Positions 20,583 through 29,391 of a DNA stretch of 64,000 nucleotides are shown in pieces. The notes under the pieces are model-generated. The model was given only the letters and a program-made list of their open reading frames with translations. It did not search any database and was not told the origin of the DNA. Origin of the DNA: Candidatus Eiseniibacteriota bacterium (GTDB taxonomy: Bacteria > Eisenbacteria > RBG-16-71-46 > CAIMUX01 > VGJL01); assembly GCA_041946735.1 (NCBI GenBank), contig JBHGAY010000004.1, positions 1 to 64,000 of the forward strand, given 5' to 3'. Position 1 is the first letter of the stretch. Every line of letters begins with the position of its first letter. A program made the position numbers and the translations under genes.

Positions 20583-22222
20583 GCGACCGCCAGGCGGAGC
20601 AGTTGCTCCTGGGTAGCGGAGGCGACGTCGCGCACCTCGCCGGTCAATCGTCCCTCGTGCATGACGAGGATCCGGTCGGAGAGGGCGAGGATCTCGGGAA
20701 GCTCGGAGGAGATGACGAGGATCGACTTGCCCTGTCCCGCCAGGTCGTCGATCAGGTTGTACATTTCGAACTTCGCCCCGACGTCGATGCCGCGTGTCGG
20801 CTCGTCGAAAAGCAGCACGCGCGCGTCGTTCTCGAGCCACCGGGCGACGAGCAGCTTCTGCTGGTTGCCGCCGGAGAGGTTGCGGGCCGGCTGCTCGGGG
20901 CCGGAAAGACGGATCCGCAGACCGTCCACGTAGCGAAGAAAGCGTGCGGACTCCTCGCGGCGGCGGATCCAGCCGAAGCGCGACCAGCGGGGCAGATTCG
21001 GCAGGGAGAAGTTCTCGCGGGCGGAGAGGCCGAGGACGAGTCCTTGCGCCTTGCGGTCCTCGGTCAGGAGCGCGATGCCGCGCGCGATCGCTTCGCGCGG
21101 GGAGCGGATCGCGACCGGCGTGCCGTCGAGAAGGATCTCGCCGGAGCGCGGGCGCTGTGCGCCGAAGAGCAGGCGCGCCAGGTCGGTCCGTCCCGAGCCG
21201 ACGAGGCCGGCGAGCCCGAGGACCTCGCCGGCGTGGAGCGCGAGGGAGACGCCGCGCACGCGCCCGCCGGAGAGGTCGCGAGCCGCAAGGATCTCCGGGC
21301 CGCGCGCGCCCGCCGCGCGACGCAGGCGCTGGCCGACCGGGCGCCCCACCATCCGCCGGATCATCTCCTCGCGCGTCAGCTCGGAGCGCAGCCAGGTGCC
21401 GATCGTCTTGCCGTCCCGCAGGATCGTGACCCGGTCGGCGATCGCGAGCACCTCTTCGAGCCGGTGGCTGATGAAGAGGATGCCCTTCCCGGCGGCGCGC
21501 AGGTCGCGCAAAAGCGCAAGCAGCCGCTCCACCTCGCGCGGCGTGAGCGCGGCCGTCGGCTCGTCGAGGACGAGGAGCCGCGCGTCGGCAAGGAGCGCGC
21601 GAGCGATCACGATGAGCTGCTGCTGCGCCACGTCGAGATCGCGCACGAGCGACTCGGGATCGATCGGCGCGCCGAGCCGCTCGAGCGCGTCGCGGGAGCG
21701 AGCTCTCTCGATCCGAAGGTCGGGGATCCCGAAGCGGGCCGGTTCCCGACCGAGGAAGAGGTTCTCGCGGACGCTGCGCGCGGGGAGGAGGTCCAGCTCC
21801 TGGTAGATCGCCGCGATGCCGAGCCGCTGGGCCGCGATCGGGTCGGGCAGGACGGTCGGACGTCCGTCGATTTCGACCTCGCCGCCGTCCGGCGCGTGCG
21901 CCCCCGTCGCGATCTTCAGCAGAGTGCTCTTGCCCGCGCCGTTCTCACCGACGAGCGCGTGGACCTCGCCGGCTCGGATGTCCAGGTCGGCGCCGCGCAG
22001 CGCGTGCACACCGGGGAAGCGCTTGTGGACCCCGGCGAGGCGAAGAATCGGAACGGAGGGGGCGGCCGGCTCCGTGGGCCCGGTGGGCTCGGTGGGCTCC
22101 GTGGGCTCGGCGGGCCCGCCAACCGGTGGGATGGCCGGTGGGATGGACGGCGGCCCGCCCGTGCGAGCCGCGGCGATCTCTGCCGCGGCACCGGAGCGAG
22201 ATGCCTTGTCGCCCCCCCTCAC
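20579..22222 (-). CDS. Monosaccharide ABC transporter ATPase (RbsA-like, two ABC domains)
   Basis: GENGAGKST, DEPTAAL, FISHRLEE, LSGGNQQK, DEPTRGIDVGAK; start uncertain. Confidence 0.92.
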   Translation of the reverse strand: MRGGDKASRSGAAAEIAAARTGGPPSIPPAIPPVGGPAEPTEPTEPTGPTEPAAPSVPILRLAGVHKRFPGVHALRGADLDIRAGEVHALVGENGAGKSTLLKIATGAHAPDGGEVEIDGRPTVLPDPIAAQRLGIAAIYQELDLLPARSVRENLFLGREPARFGIPDLRIERARSRDALERLGAPIDPESLVRDLDVAQQQLIVIARALLADARLLVLDEPTAALTPREVERLLALLRDLRAAGKGILFISHRLEEVLAIADRVTILRDGKTIGTWLRSELTREEMIRRMVGRPVGQRLRRAAGARGPEILAARDLSGGRVRGVSLALHAGEVLGLAGLVGSGRTDLARLLFGAQRPRSGEILLDGTPVAIRSPREAIARGIALLTEDRKAQGLVLGLSARENFSLPNLPRWSRFGWIRRREESARFLRYVDGLRIRLSGPEQPARNLSGGNQQKLLVARWLENDARVLLFDEPTRGIDVGAKFEMYNLIDDLAGQGKSILVISSELPEILALSDRILVMHEGRLTGEVRDVASATQEQLLRLAVA

Positions 22223-22235
22223 CTCCGGGCGCTCC

Positions 22236-23348
22236 TCAGGATCCGGCCTTCGCCTTCTCTCGCGTGAACAGCTCGCAGGGGATCAGGATCGCCGGCGGCA
22301 CCTCCAGGCCTGTCATGTAGTCGGCAATTGCCGCGATGGTCGTCTCGCCGATCGTCCTCGGCTGCTGGATCACGTCGGCGTGGATCTTCCCGGCGGCGAT
22401 CGCCTCGCGCGCCTCGGGAACGGCGTCGAAGCCGACGATCGTCACGCGCCCTTGCCGTCCCGCCTTCTCGACCGCCGCAAGGGCGCCAAGCGCGGAATCG
22501 TCGTTGATGCCGAAGATCGCGTCGAGGTCGGGGTGGGACTGGAGGATGTCCTCCGCCGTGCGGAAGGCAGCATCCTTCATGCCGCGGCCGGTCAGCTTCG
22601 CGACGACCGTGATGCCCGGGTGCTGCGCGATCTCCTCCTCGAAGCCGCGAACCCGTTGGATGACCGACTCGACCTCCGGATGGTCGATGATCGCGACCTT
22701 CCCCTTGCCGCCGATCGCTTCGGACACCGCCCGGGCGGCGAGACGACCGCCGGCGACGTTGTCGGAAGCGACGTGGCAGACCACCTTCGCCCCCTCGGCG
22801 AGGACCGCGATGTCGGCCGTGAACACCGGGACTCCCGCCGCGTTCGCCGCCTGCACGGAGGTGCCGATCGACTTCGAGTCGCACGGGCAGACGACGATCG
22901 CGTTGACCTTACGGACCAGGAAGTCCTCGATCTGGTCCTTCTGCTTCGCGACGTCGAACTCCCCCGCCTGCACGAGCAGCTCGTAGCCGCGCGCCGCGGC
23001 CGCCTCGCGCAATCCCGCCTCGAGATCCTGATAGAAGGGATGCGTGCGCGTGAGGAGCGAGACGCCGATCACGACGCCGGACGGAGCAGCGCCGGTCTTC
23101 TCATCCCGCGGACCCGCCCCTTCGCGGACTGCCGCGGTCTGGCGGTCGCCGCCGCCCGGGCCGCATCCTTGGGCCGAGATTGCCGCCACCGCGGCCGCCA
23201 CCCAGAGCCAGAGGAGCAGGCGGAGCGTTGCCGCGCCCGACCCACTCGCGAATCTTCCGAATCTTCCCCAACGTCCCGGTCCGAGGAGGGCCACCGCGCC
23301 TCCGCACCCTCTCCGCACCCGCATCGACTCCCGCGCCGTCCGTCTCAT
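22236..23348 (-). CDS. Sugar ABC substrate-binding protein (RbsB-like)
   Basis: IGVSLLTRTHPFY, AGVPVFTAD, SDNVAGG, NDDSALGA, VGFD, IQQP; possible lipobox AQGC; start uncertain. Confidence 0.88.
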   Translation of the reverse strand: MRRTARESMRVRRGCGGAVALLGPGRWGRFGRFASGSGAATLRLLLWLWVAAAVAAISAQGCGPGGGDRQTAAVREGAGPRDEKTGAAPSGVVIGVSLLTRTHPFYQDLEAGLREAAAARGYELLVQAGEFDVAKQKDQIEDFLVRKVNAIVVCPCDSKSIGTSVQAANAAGVPVFTADIAVLAEGAKVVCHVASDNVAGGRLAARAVSEAIGGKGKVAIIDHPEVESVIQRVRGFEEEIAQHPGITVVAKLTGRGMKDAAFRTAEDILQSHPDLDAIFGINDDSALGALAAVEKAGRQGRVTIVGFDAVPEAREAIAAGKIHADVIQQPRTIGETTIAAIADYMTGLEVPPAILIPCELFTREKAKAGS

Positions 23349-23477
23349 CCCTCGCCCTCCCCATCCGCCGCCGGCTCCCGGAAGCTCTCCGCCCCCGTTG
23401 CGGCGGCACCATCCTAGCGATGTTCGGAGCGCGCGGCCAGAAGCGGGTTGCGGCGCCGGCGCGGCCGAGGCCGCGGG

Positions 23478-23600
23478 GCGGCGGAACGCCGGGGCGACGG
23501 GACCGCGGAACGCCGGAGCGGCGGGGCGGCGGAGCACCGGGCAAACGGGCAAACACGCAAAGGGGCGAAGGGGCGAAGCGTGCGGAACGCGAAAGGGGGA
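23478..23600. repeat. Cluster of degenerate 8-nt-period tandem repeats
   Basis: gcggaacgccgg twice, cgggcaaa cgggcaaa cacgcaaa, ggggcgaa ggggcgaa. Confidence 0.55.
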
Positions 23601-23637
23601 AGAAAGCGCCCCGCCTTCCCTTGGAATGCGGGGCGCT
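23600..23637 (-). terminator. Rho-independent terminator of the TWG-motif gene
   Basis: Minus strand AGCGCCCCGC...GCGGGGCGCT followed by TTCTT. Confidence 0.75.
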
Positions 23638-23695
23638 CGGAAGGGAGCGACAGGCGGCCGATGGCGCGCCCGCTTCGCTCTCGGGATCGATCGAT

Positions 23696-24391
23696 CTACC
23701 GGAAGCTCTGCTTGACCTTCCCCCAGGTCGTGTTCTGCGTCGCGACCGGGTTGTATATGGTGAGCGAGAGGTCGTCCCAGTAGACCGGGCTGGCGCTGTT
23801 GGCGAAGAGGTCGATGCAGGCGATGTCCAGAACGCCACCGCCGCTGACCCCGTCCGTCCAGCTCTTCTGGTACAGCATCTGTCCGTTGAAGTAGAAGGTC
23901 TGGATGTTCAGATCGAGATCGATGATCACGTAGACTTCGACCCACTGGTCGTAGACCAGCGGAAGGGTGTCGGTCTCCGGATCGGAGACGATGATGTCGT
24001 TGGCGCCGTCGAAGTAGACCTGCGAGGACCAGTTGTACGGACCGCCGTCATTGTACGTGTTCAGCAGGAGGATGTAGTTGATCCCGCTGAGCGACGACGG
24101 AATGTACACCCAACCCCTGAGCTCGTTGACCCCGGACGTGTAGCCGTCCCACTCGTGCACGATGTCGGTCGCGCCCGTGATGGAGACGGAGTTCGAGGGG
24201 CTGTGCGAGTAGAGATCGGTCACGTAGGCATCGGCGGCGGGGTTGCCGTCCCAGCCGTGCCATCCGCCCTGTCCGTGAAGTCCGCTTCCGACGACGTAGG
24301 AATCGAAGTTCTCGAACCAATCGGCCGAGGCGATCCCAGGAAGCGCCGCGAAGGCCAGAATCGAGCAGAACAGTAGTAGCTTGTGCTTCAT
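23696..24391 (-). CDS. Secreted hypothetical protein with C-terminal TTWGKVKQSFR motif
   Basis: GGAGGAG RBS, signal peptide ending ASA, ENFDSY..GLHGQGGW, YWDDLSL, C-terminus NPVATQNTTWGKVKQSFR. Confidence 0.85.
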   Translation of the reverse strand: MKHKLLLFCSILAFAALPGIASADWFENFDSYVVGSGLHGQGGWHGWDGNPAADAYVTDLYSHSPSNSVSITGATDIVHEWDGYTSGVNELRGWVYIPSSLSGINYILLLNTYNDGGPYNWSSQVYFDGANDIIVSDPETDTLPLVYDQWVEVYVIIDLDLNIQTFYFNGQMLYQKSWTDGVSGGGVLDIACIDLFANSASPVYWDDLSLTIYNPVATQNTTWGKVKQSFR

Positions 24392-24714
24392 GAGCCACTC
24401 CTCCTGATCGTTGTTGCCGAGCCCGGGCGATTCTCCGGCCGATCTTTTCAGCCGGAGCGAGCGCTCCATTGGCAGCGCACCAATGGTACCACGCCGCCGG
24501 TGGCAGAGGGTCGCAAAACGTGCGGGGACCGGGCACTAGCCGGCCGCAGTGTCGCCTCTATTTGACAATCGACCAGCCCCCTCCGGGACTCCCGTCATGA
24601 ACGGTTCGCCGGGCTCCCCGGACCGCGGACCGCGGCGCCCGGACCGCGGGTGTCAAACGGCGGCGCGGGCCGAAAGCCGTACGACAGCGGACGGACGAGC
24701 GGACCCCCGGCGGG

Positions 24715-26010
24715 CTACAACAGCAGCAACGGCAAGCGAGACTGCCGGTTGCTGAGCCACTCGCACCCGCCGGCCGTCACGCGGACCATCTCCTCGAGCC
24801 CAATGTAGCCGTGCCCTTCGGCTACGGCGCCCAGCTCGAGCGTGTAGACCTGCCCTTCCTCGAGCGGGATCTCCGGCAGCCGGCCGTACCTTTCCCATCG
24901 CGGACCGAGAAGGCCTCCGCCGTCATGCGCCATGCGGCCGACCTGGTGCCCGGTCGCGTGCATGTACTCGGGGTAGCCGCGTGAGACGAGCAGGCTTCGC
25001 GCCGCCTCGTCGACCCGCCAGCCCTCGATTCCCGGACGGATGCGGGCGGCCGCGGCGGAGATCGCGTCGTGGACCGCGCAGAAGACGGCCGAGACGGCGG
25101 GCGGAATCGGCGCCTGCTCGGGCGGCGCGGCATGGGGGCCTGAGGAGGTCCGGGCGGCGGCAGCGGTCCCACCGGCGTCGGAGGCCGCTCCGGCGGCGGA
25201 GGTGGCGCCGGCGGCGAGCCAGCAGCGTTGCAGATCGGAGGCATAGCCGTCGCGGAGGACGCCGAGGTCGATGTGCAGGACATGGCCGGGCGCCAGCGCG
25301 ATCGCGGGCGACGGGATCCCGTGGCCGATCATCGAGTCGGGACCGATGTTCACGATCGGGTCCGACGCGCGGCTCCAGGAGAAGCCGAGACCGCGCGCCT
25401 CGATCGTCTGATGGACGAAGTCGAAGATCTGTTTCTCGGTCTTGCCTGCGGCGCAGAACGTCTCGACTTCCTCGAAGATCCGATCGGTCTCCCCGATCGC
25501 GAGACGGATGCGCTCGATCTCCTCTTCGCTCTTGCGGGAGCGGAGGCTCGCCAGCACCGGCTCGGCGCTGGCGAGCGAGCCTTCGAAGCGAGTCCCGGCA
25601 AGGATGTCGCAGAGGACGAGGTACATCCCGTGCGTCAGACCGTCCGCCTTCTCGTCCTCGAGCGAGTAGTTGACGGCGATGCGAGGCGGCCCCGGGCGGC
25701 CGGCCGGGACCAGGCGGTCGAGGACGCCGAGGAGCTGCGGGCGGATCGATTCGTCGTAACCGATCACCTCATCCCAGTCGCCGGAGGCGCGGAGCGGGTC
25801 GGCGTCGTAGCGACCGGCGATCGCGATCTTGCGGCCGTCCCGCGAGACGAGGAGCGCGCTCTGCCAGGTGAGGCTTCCTTCGAGGATGAGCGGCAGGGCC
25901 GGATCGCCTCCGTCGGCGGTCTCGCGCACGAAGGTCAGCCAAAGGTCGAAGCCGGCCTCGCGCACGAGCGAGACGGCCTGCGTGAGCTTCTCGGACGTCA
26001 ACGATCCCAT
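24715..26010 (-). CDS. M24 family Xaa-Pro aminopeptidase
   Basis: LRSRKSEEEI, HIDLGV..GYASDLQR, HATGHQVG..AHD, YTLE, IGLEE. Confidence 0.88.
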   Translation of the reverse strand: MGSLTSEKLTQAVSLVREAGFDLWLTFVRETADGGDPALPLILEGSLTWQSALLVSRDGRKIAIAGRYDADPLRASGDWDEVIGYDESIRPQLLGVLDRLVPAGRPGPPRIAVNYSLEDEKADGLTHGMYLVLCDILAGTRFEGSLASAEPVLASLRSRKSEEEIERIRLAIGETDRIFEEVETFCAAGKTEKQIFDFVHQTIEARGLGFSWSRASDPIVNIGPDSMIGHGIPSPAIALAPGHVLHIDLGVLRDGYASDLQRCWLAAGATSAAGAASDAGGTAAAARTSSGPHAAPPEQAPIPPAVSAVFCAVHDAISAAAARIRPGIEGWRVDEAARSLLVSRGYPEYMHATGHQVGRMAHDGGGLLGPRWERYGRLPEIPLEEGQVYTLELGAVAEGHGYIGLEEMVRVTAGGCEWLSNRQSRLPLLLL

Positions 26011-26100
26011 GATCTCTCTCCCATGCCGGGCGCAAAGGCTCGGTATCGATTTCGCGCCGCCACGGCGCCGCTGGCGCAGCCCTCTTCGTCCGCGGCGATC

Positions 26101-26148
26101 TCAGCGCTCCGCTAACGATCAGCGCTCCGCTGACGATCAGCGCTCCGC
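26101..26148 (-). repeat. 18-nt-period triplication of the oxidoreductase gene 3' end
   Basis: tcagcgctccgc at 26101, 26119, 26137. Confidence 0.85.
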
Positions 26149-27195
26149 GTCGATCCGCAGGAGCACCTTCCCGACGTTCTCGTTCCGCTGGAGGATCGCG
26201 TGAGCCTCCTCCGCTCGCTCGACGGGAAGGATCGCGTGCACGATCGGCCGGATCGCCCCCGCTTCGAAACGGGGCCAGAGCGCGCGTCGCATCCGCTCGA
26301 GGATCGCCGCCTTCTCGCCAGCGGGACGGGAACGCAGGACGCTCCCGATGATGCGCAGCCGCCTCGAGAGCAGCGGGCGGAGATCGATCCTCGCCTCTCC
26401 ACCCCGCATCAGGCCGACCACGATCCACCGTCCGCCGGGATTGAGCAAGGTCAGCATCCCCCCCAGATCCTCGCCGCCGAGGCAATCGAGGACCACGTCG
26501 ATCCCCGGCGCGGGCGGCGCGGCCGGCGCTGCCGGTGGCGGCGCGGCCTCCGCGGGCGGGCGGGCGAGCGAGCGCAACCGCTCCAGGACGTCCTCGCGGT
26601 GGCGATCGATGACGACGTCGGCGCCCAGGGCACGCACCCGCTCCGCCTTCGGCTCGGAGCCGACCGTCGTGACGATGCGGGCCCCTCGGTCCTTCGCGAT
26701 CTGGATCGCCGCCGTCCCTACGCCGCTCGCGCCCGCGTGGACGACAACCGTCTCCCCGCGCGCGAGCCGTCCCTCGAGCACGAGGTTCAGGAAGGCGGTG
26801 GTGAACGCTTCGGGGATCGCGGCGGCCTCCTCGATCGACAGTCCCGCCGGGATCGGGAGGACGTGGCGCGCGTCGACGGCGACCTTCTCCGCGTAGCCTC
26901 CCCCCGACAGGAGGCAGCAGACGGGATCGCCGGGATGCCACGCCGGCGTCGCCGCGGCCCGGCCGATTCGAGCGAGTGGAGCGCCGGCCGACTCGATATT
27001 GCCGGCCGCTTCGAGCCCCATCCACTCGGGAGCGCCGGCGGGAGGCGGGTAGAGCCCGCGACGCTGGAGCAGGTCGCCCCGGTTGACGCCGCAGGCGCGG
27101 ACGCGCACGACCACTTCGCCGGGGCCCGGGACCGGATCGGGGACTTCGCTCCACCGCAGGCTCCGGTCGTCCGGGTCGATCATGATTGCGCGCAT
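26137..27195 (-). CDS. NAD(P)H-quinone oxidoreductase, zeta-crystallin/PIG3 family
   Basis: GVNRGDLLQRRGLYPPP, GLEAAG, GGGYAE, HAGASGVG, GSVLRSR, NVGKVLL. Confidence 0.92.
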   Translation of the reverse strand: MRAIMIDPDDRSLRWSEVPDPVPGPGEVVVRVRACGVNRGDLLQRRGLYPPPAGAPEWMGLEAAGNIESAGAPLARIGRAAATPAWHPGDPVCCLLSGGGYAEKVAVDARHVLPIPAGLSIEEAAAIPEAFTTAFLNLVLEGRLARGETVVVHAGASGVGTAAIQIAKDRGARIVTTVGSEPKAERVRALGADVVIDRHREDVLERLRSLARPPAEAAPPPAAPAAPPAPGIDVVLDCLGGEDLGGMLTLLNPGGRWIVVGLMRGGEARIDLRPLLSRRLRIIGSVLRSRPAGEKAAILERMRRALWPRFEAGAIRPIVHAILPVERAEEAHAILQRNENVGKVLLRIDAER

Positions 27196-27396
27196 CGATC
27201 CCTCCTCGCCCTCTCGGCAGCCGCTCACGGCGCTCCCGGCCGCTCTCGAGCCCGGAATCCGCCGGCGCGCACGAGGGCAGCTTCGAGCCTCGCGTGCGCC
27301 GGTATCCTACCAAGCGCATCACGATCCCGAGAGCCGGCCGCTTCCCCGGAAGTCCCATCGTCGCTATGCTCTCGCGAGTATTGCCTTCGAGAGGAG

Positions 27397-29391
27397 ATGG
27401 CGATCTTGCAGAGCGTTCCATCGATCGACTACCAGGAGCTCGGCTTGAAGGCCGGGCTCGAGGTCCACCAGCAGCTCCTGACCGACACGAAGATGTTCTG
27501 CCACTGCCCCGCCGGCCGCTACACGGAGACCCACGATGGGGAAGTGCTGCGGCACATGCGTCCCACGCTTTCCGAGCTGGGGGAGTACGACGGGACGGCG
27601 CTCATGGAGTTCCGGACCAAGAAGAACATCATCTACCTGCTGCACAAGGAAAACGTCTGCACTTACGAAATGGACGACACGCCCCCCTTCCTGGTCAATC
27701 AGGAAGCGATCGACATCGCGATCGAGCAGTGTTTGATGCTGGGGTGCGACATCGTCGACGAGGTGCACATCGCGCGCAAGCAGTACCTCGACGGATCGAT
27801 CCCGACCGGCTTCCAGCGCACGGCGATCGTGGGCGTCAACGGCAGGCTTCCGTTTCGCGGCCGCGAGATCTCGATCACGCAGGTCAGCGTCGAGGAGGAT
27901 TCGTGCCGGGAGGTCTCGGACCGCGGGCACCTGATCGTCTGGCGGACGGACCGGCTCGGCATGCCGCTCATCGAGACGGTGACAGGTCCCGACCTGCGCA
28001 CTCCCGAGGAGGTCGAGGAGGCGATCCTGCTGATCGGGCGCGTGTGCCGGAGCACCGGGCACGTGCGGGTCGGGATCGGCGCGAGCCGGCAGGACGTCAA
28101 TGTCTCGGTGCGCGGCGGGCGGCGGGTGGAAATCAAGGGGGTGCCGCAGGCGCATTGGGCGAGGCGTCTCGTCCACGGCGAAGCGATCCGCCAATGGAAC
28201 CTGCTGCGGCTGCGAGACGATCTGCGCCGGCGCGGCTTCGAGAAGCCGGCAGATCTCCGCATCGACGGCTTCAACGTCACCGACGTCTTCGCGGCGAGCG
28301 CGCTGCAGCAGCTGCGGGCCGAATCGTGGGAGCGCTGGGTGGCGACGACCGGCCGGCGGGTGGGCTTCGAGTTGCGGCCGGGACCGTTCTGCGTGCGCGC
28401 CATCCTCTTGAAGGGCCTCGCCGGCGCGCTGAGCTGGCCGACGCAGCCGGACTTGACGTTCGCCGCCGAGCTGGCGGGACGCGTGCGGGTGATCGCCGGG
28501 CTCGATCAGGCGCCGATCCTCTATCACGACGAGAAGTGGCCGGACTACGAGGGCTCGGTCGCCGAGTTGCGGCGGGTTCGCAACCGCCTTCGCTGCGATC
28601 CCGGCGATGCGATCGTCGTCGTCTGGGGGTCCGAAGAGGACACGATCACGGCGATGGAGGAGATCCGCACCCGCTTCGCCGACGCGCTCGACGGCGTCCC
28701 GAACGAGACGCGGCAGCCGTTCCAGGATGGGCGGACCGATTTCGAGCGCATCCTTCCGGGACCCGACCGGATGTATCCGGATACCGACAGCCCTCCGTCG
28801 CTCGTCACGCGCGAGCGCGTCGAGCGGTTGCGCCGCGATCTCGCGCCGCGCCCGTGGGAGCGGGAGGCGCGCTACGCGGCGGCCGGGGTGCCGCTCCCCA
28901 CGATCCACTACCTGATCCGCCGCAACGGCGCCGCTCTCGTCGACCGCGTCGCGGAATCGTGCGGGGCCGACCTGCGACATGCCTGCTTCTTCTTCGGCGA
29001 GCGGCTGAAGGGACTCCGCAGGGCGGGGATCGCGGTCCGTTCGATCCCCGAGGAGCGATGGTGCGAGCTGTTCCGAGCGATCGCGGAGCGGCCGATCTTG
29101 CGCGAAGCCTGGGAAGTCCTCGTGCGGAAGATGGCGAGCGCGCCGCCGGCCAGTGTCGCGGAGATCCTCGCGACCGAGGGGCTCGGCGCGGCGCCGGCGC
29201 GCTGGCGGGAGATCGTGGACAGACAGATCGACGCGGCTCGGAGAGATCTCTACGAAGAGGATCCCGGCCGGCTGCGGCGTCTTGCGATGGGAAGGTGCAT
29301 GGCGGTCCTTCGCGGGAAGGTGCCCGCGAAGGAGGTGGCGGCGGCGCTGGACGAGAGCCTCGCGGCGAGGAGCGTGCATGGCCGGGGATGA
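27397..29391 (+). CDS. gatE: Glu-tRNA(Gln) amidotransferase subunit E (archaeal type)
   Basis: DYQELGLKAGLEVHQQL, RPTLSELGEYD, RKQYLDGSIPTGFQRT, EEDSCR, DRLGMPLIE, RQDVNVS, EIKGV, AspRS-like insertion, GVPNETR, RILPGPDRMYPDTD; GAGGAG RBS. Confidence 0.93.
   Translation: MAILQSVPSIDYQELGLKAGLEVHQQLLTDTKMFCHCPAGRYTETHDGEVLRHMRPTLSELGEYDGTALMEFRTKKNIIYLLHKENVCTYEMDDTPPFLVNQEAIDIAIEQCLMLGCDIVDEVHIARKQYLDGSIPTGFQRTAIVGVNGRLPFRGREISITQVSVEEDSCREVSDRGHLIVWRTDRLGMPLIETVTGPDLRTPEEVEEAILLIGRVCRSTGHVRVGIGASRQDVNVSVRGGRRVEIKGVPQAHWARRLVHGEAIRQWNLLRLRDDLRRRGFEKPADLRIDGFNVTDVFAASALQQLRAESWERWVATTGRRVGFELRPGPFCVRAILLKGLAGALSWPTQPDLTFAAELAGRVRVIAGLDQAPILYHDEKWPDYEGSVAELRRVRNRLRCDPGDAIVVVWGSEEDTITAMEEIRTRFADALDGVPNETRQPFQDGRTDFERILPGPDRMYPDTDSPPSLVTRERVERLRRDLAPRPWEREARYAAAGVPLPTIHYLIRRNGAALVDRVAESCGADLRHACFFFGERLKGLRRAGIAVRSIPEERWCELFRAIAERPILREAWEVLVRKMASAPPASVAEILATEGLGAAPARWREIVDRQIDAARRDLYEEDPGRLRRLAMGRCMAVLRGKVPAKEVAAALDESLAARSVHGRG

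Noticed and set aside
26200..27396. Apparent 400-aa N-terminal extension of GatE
   Set aside because: It is the antisense of the quinone oxidoreductase gene; the real start with GAGGAG RBS is at 27397
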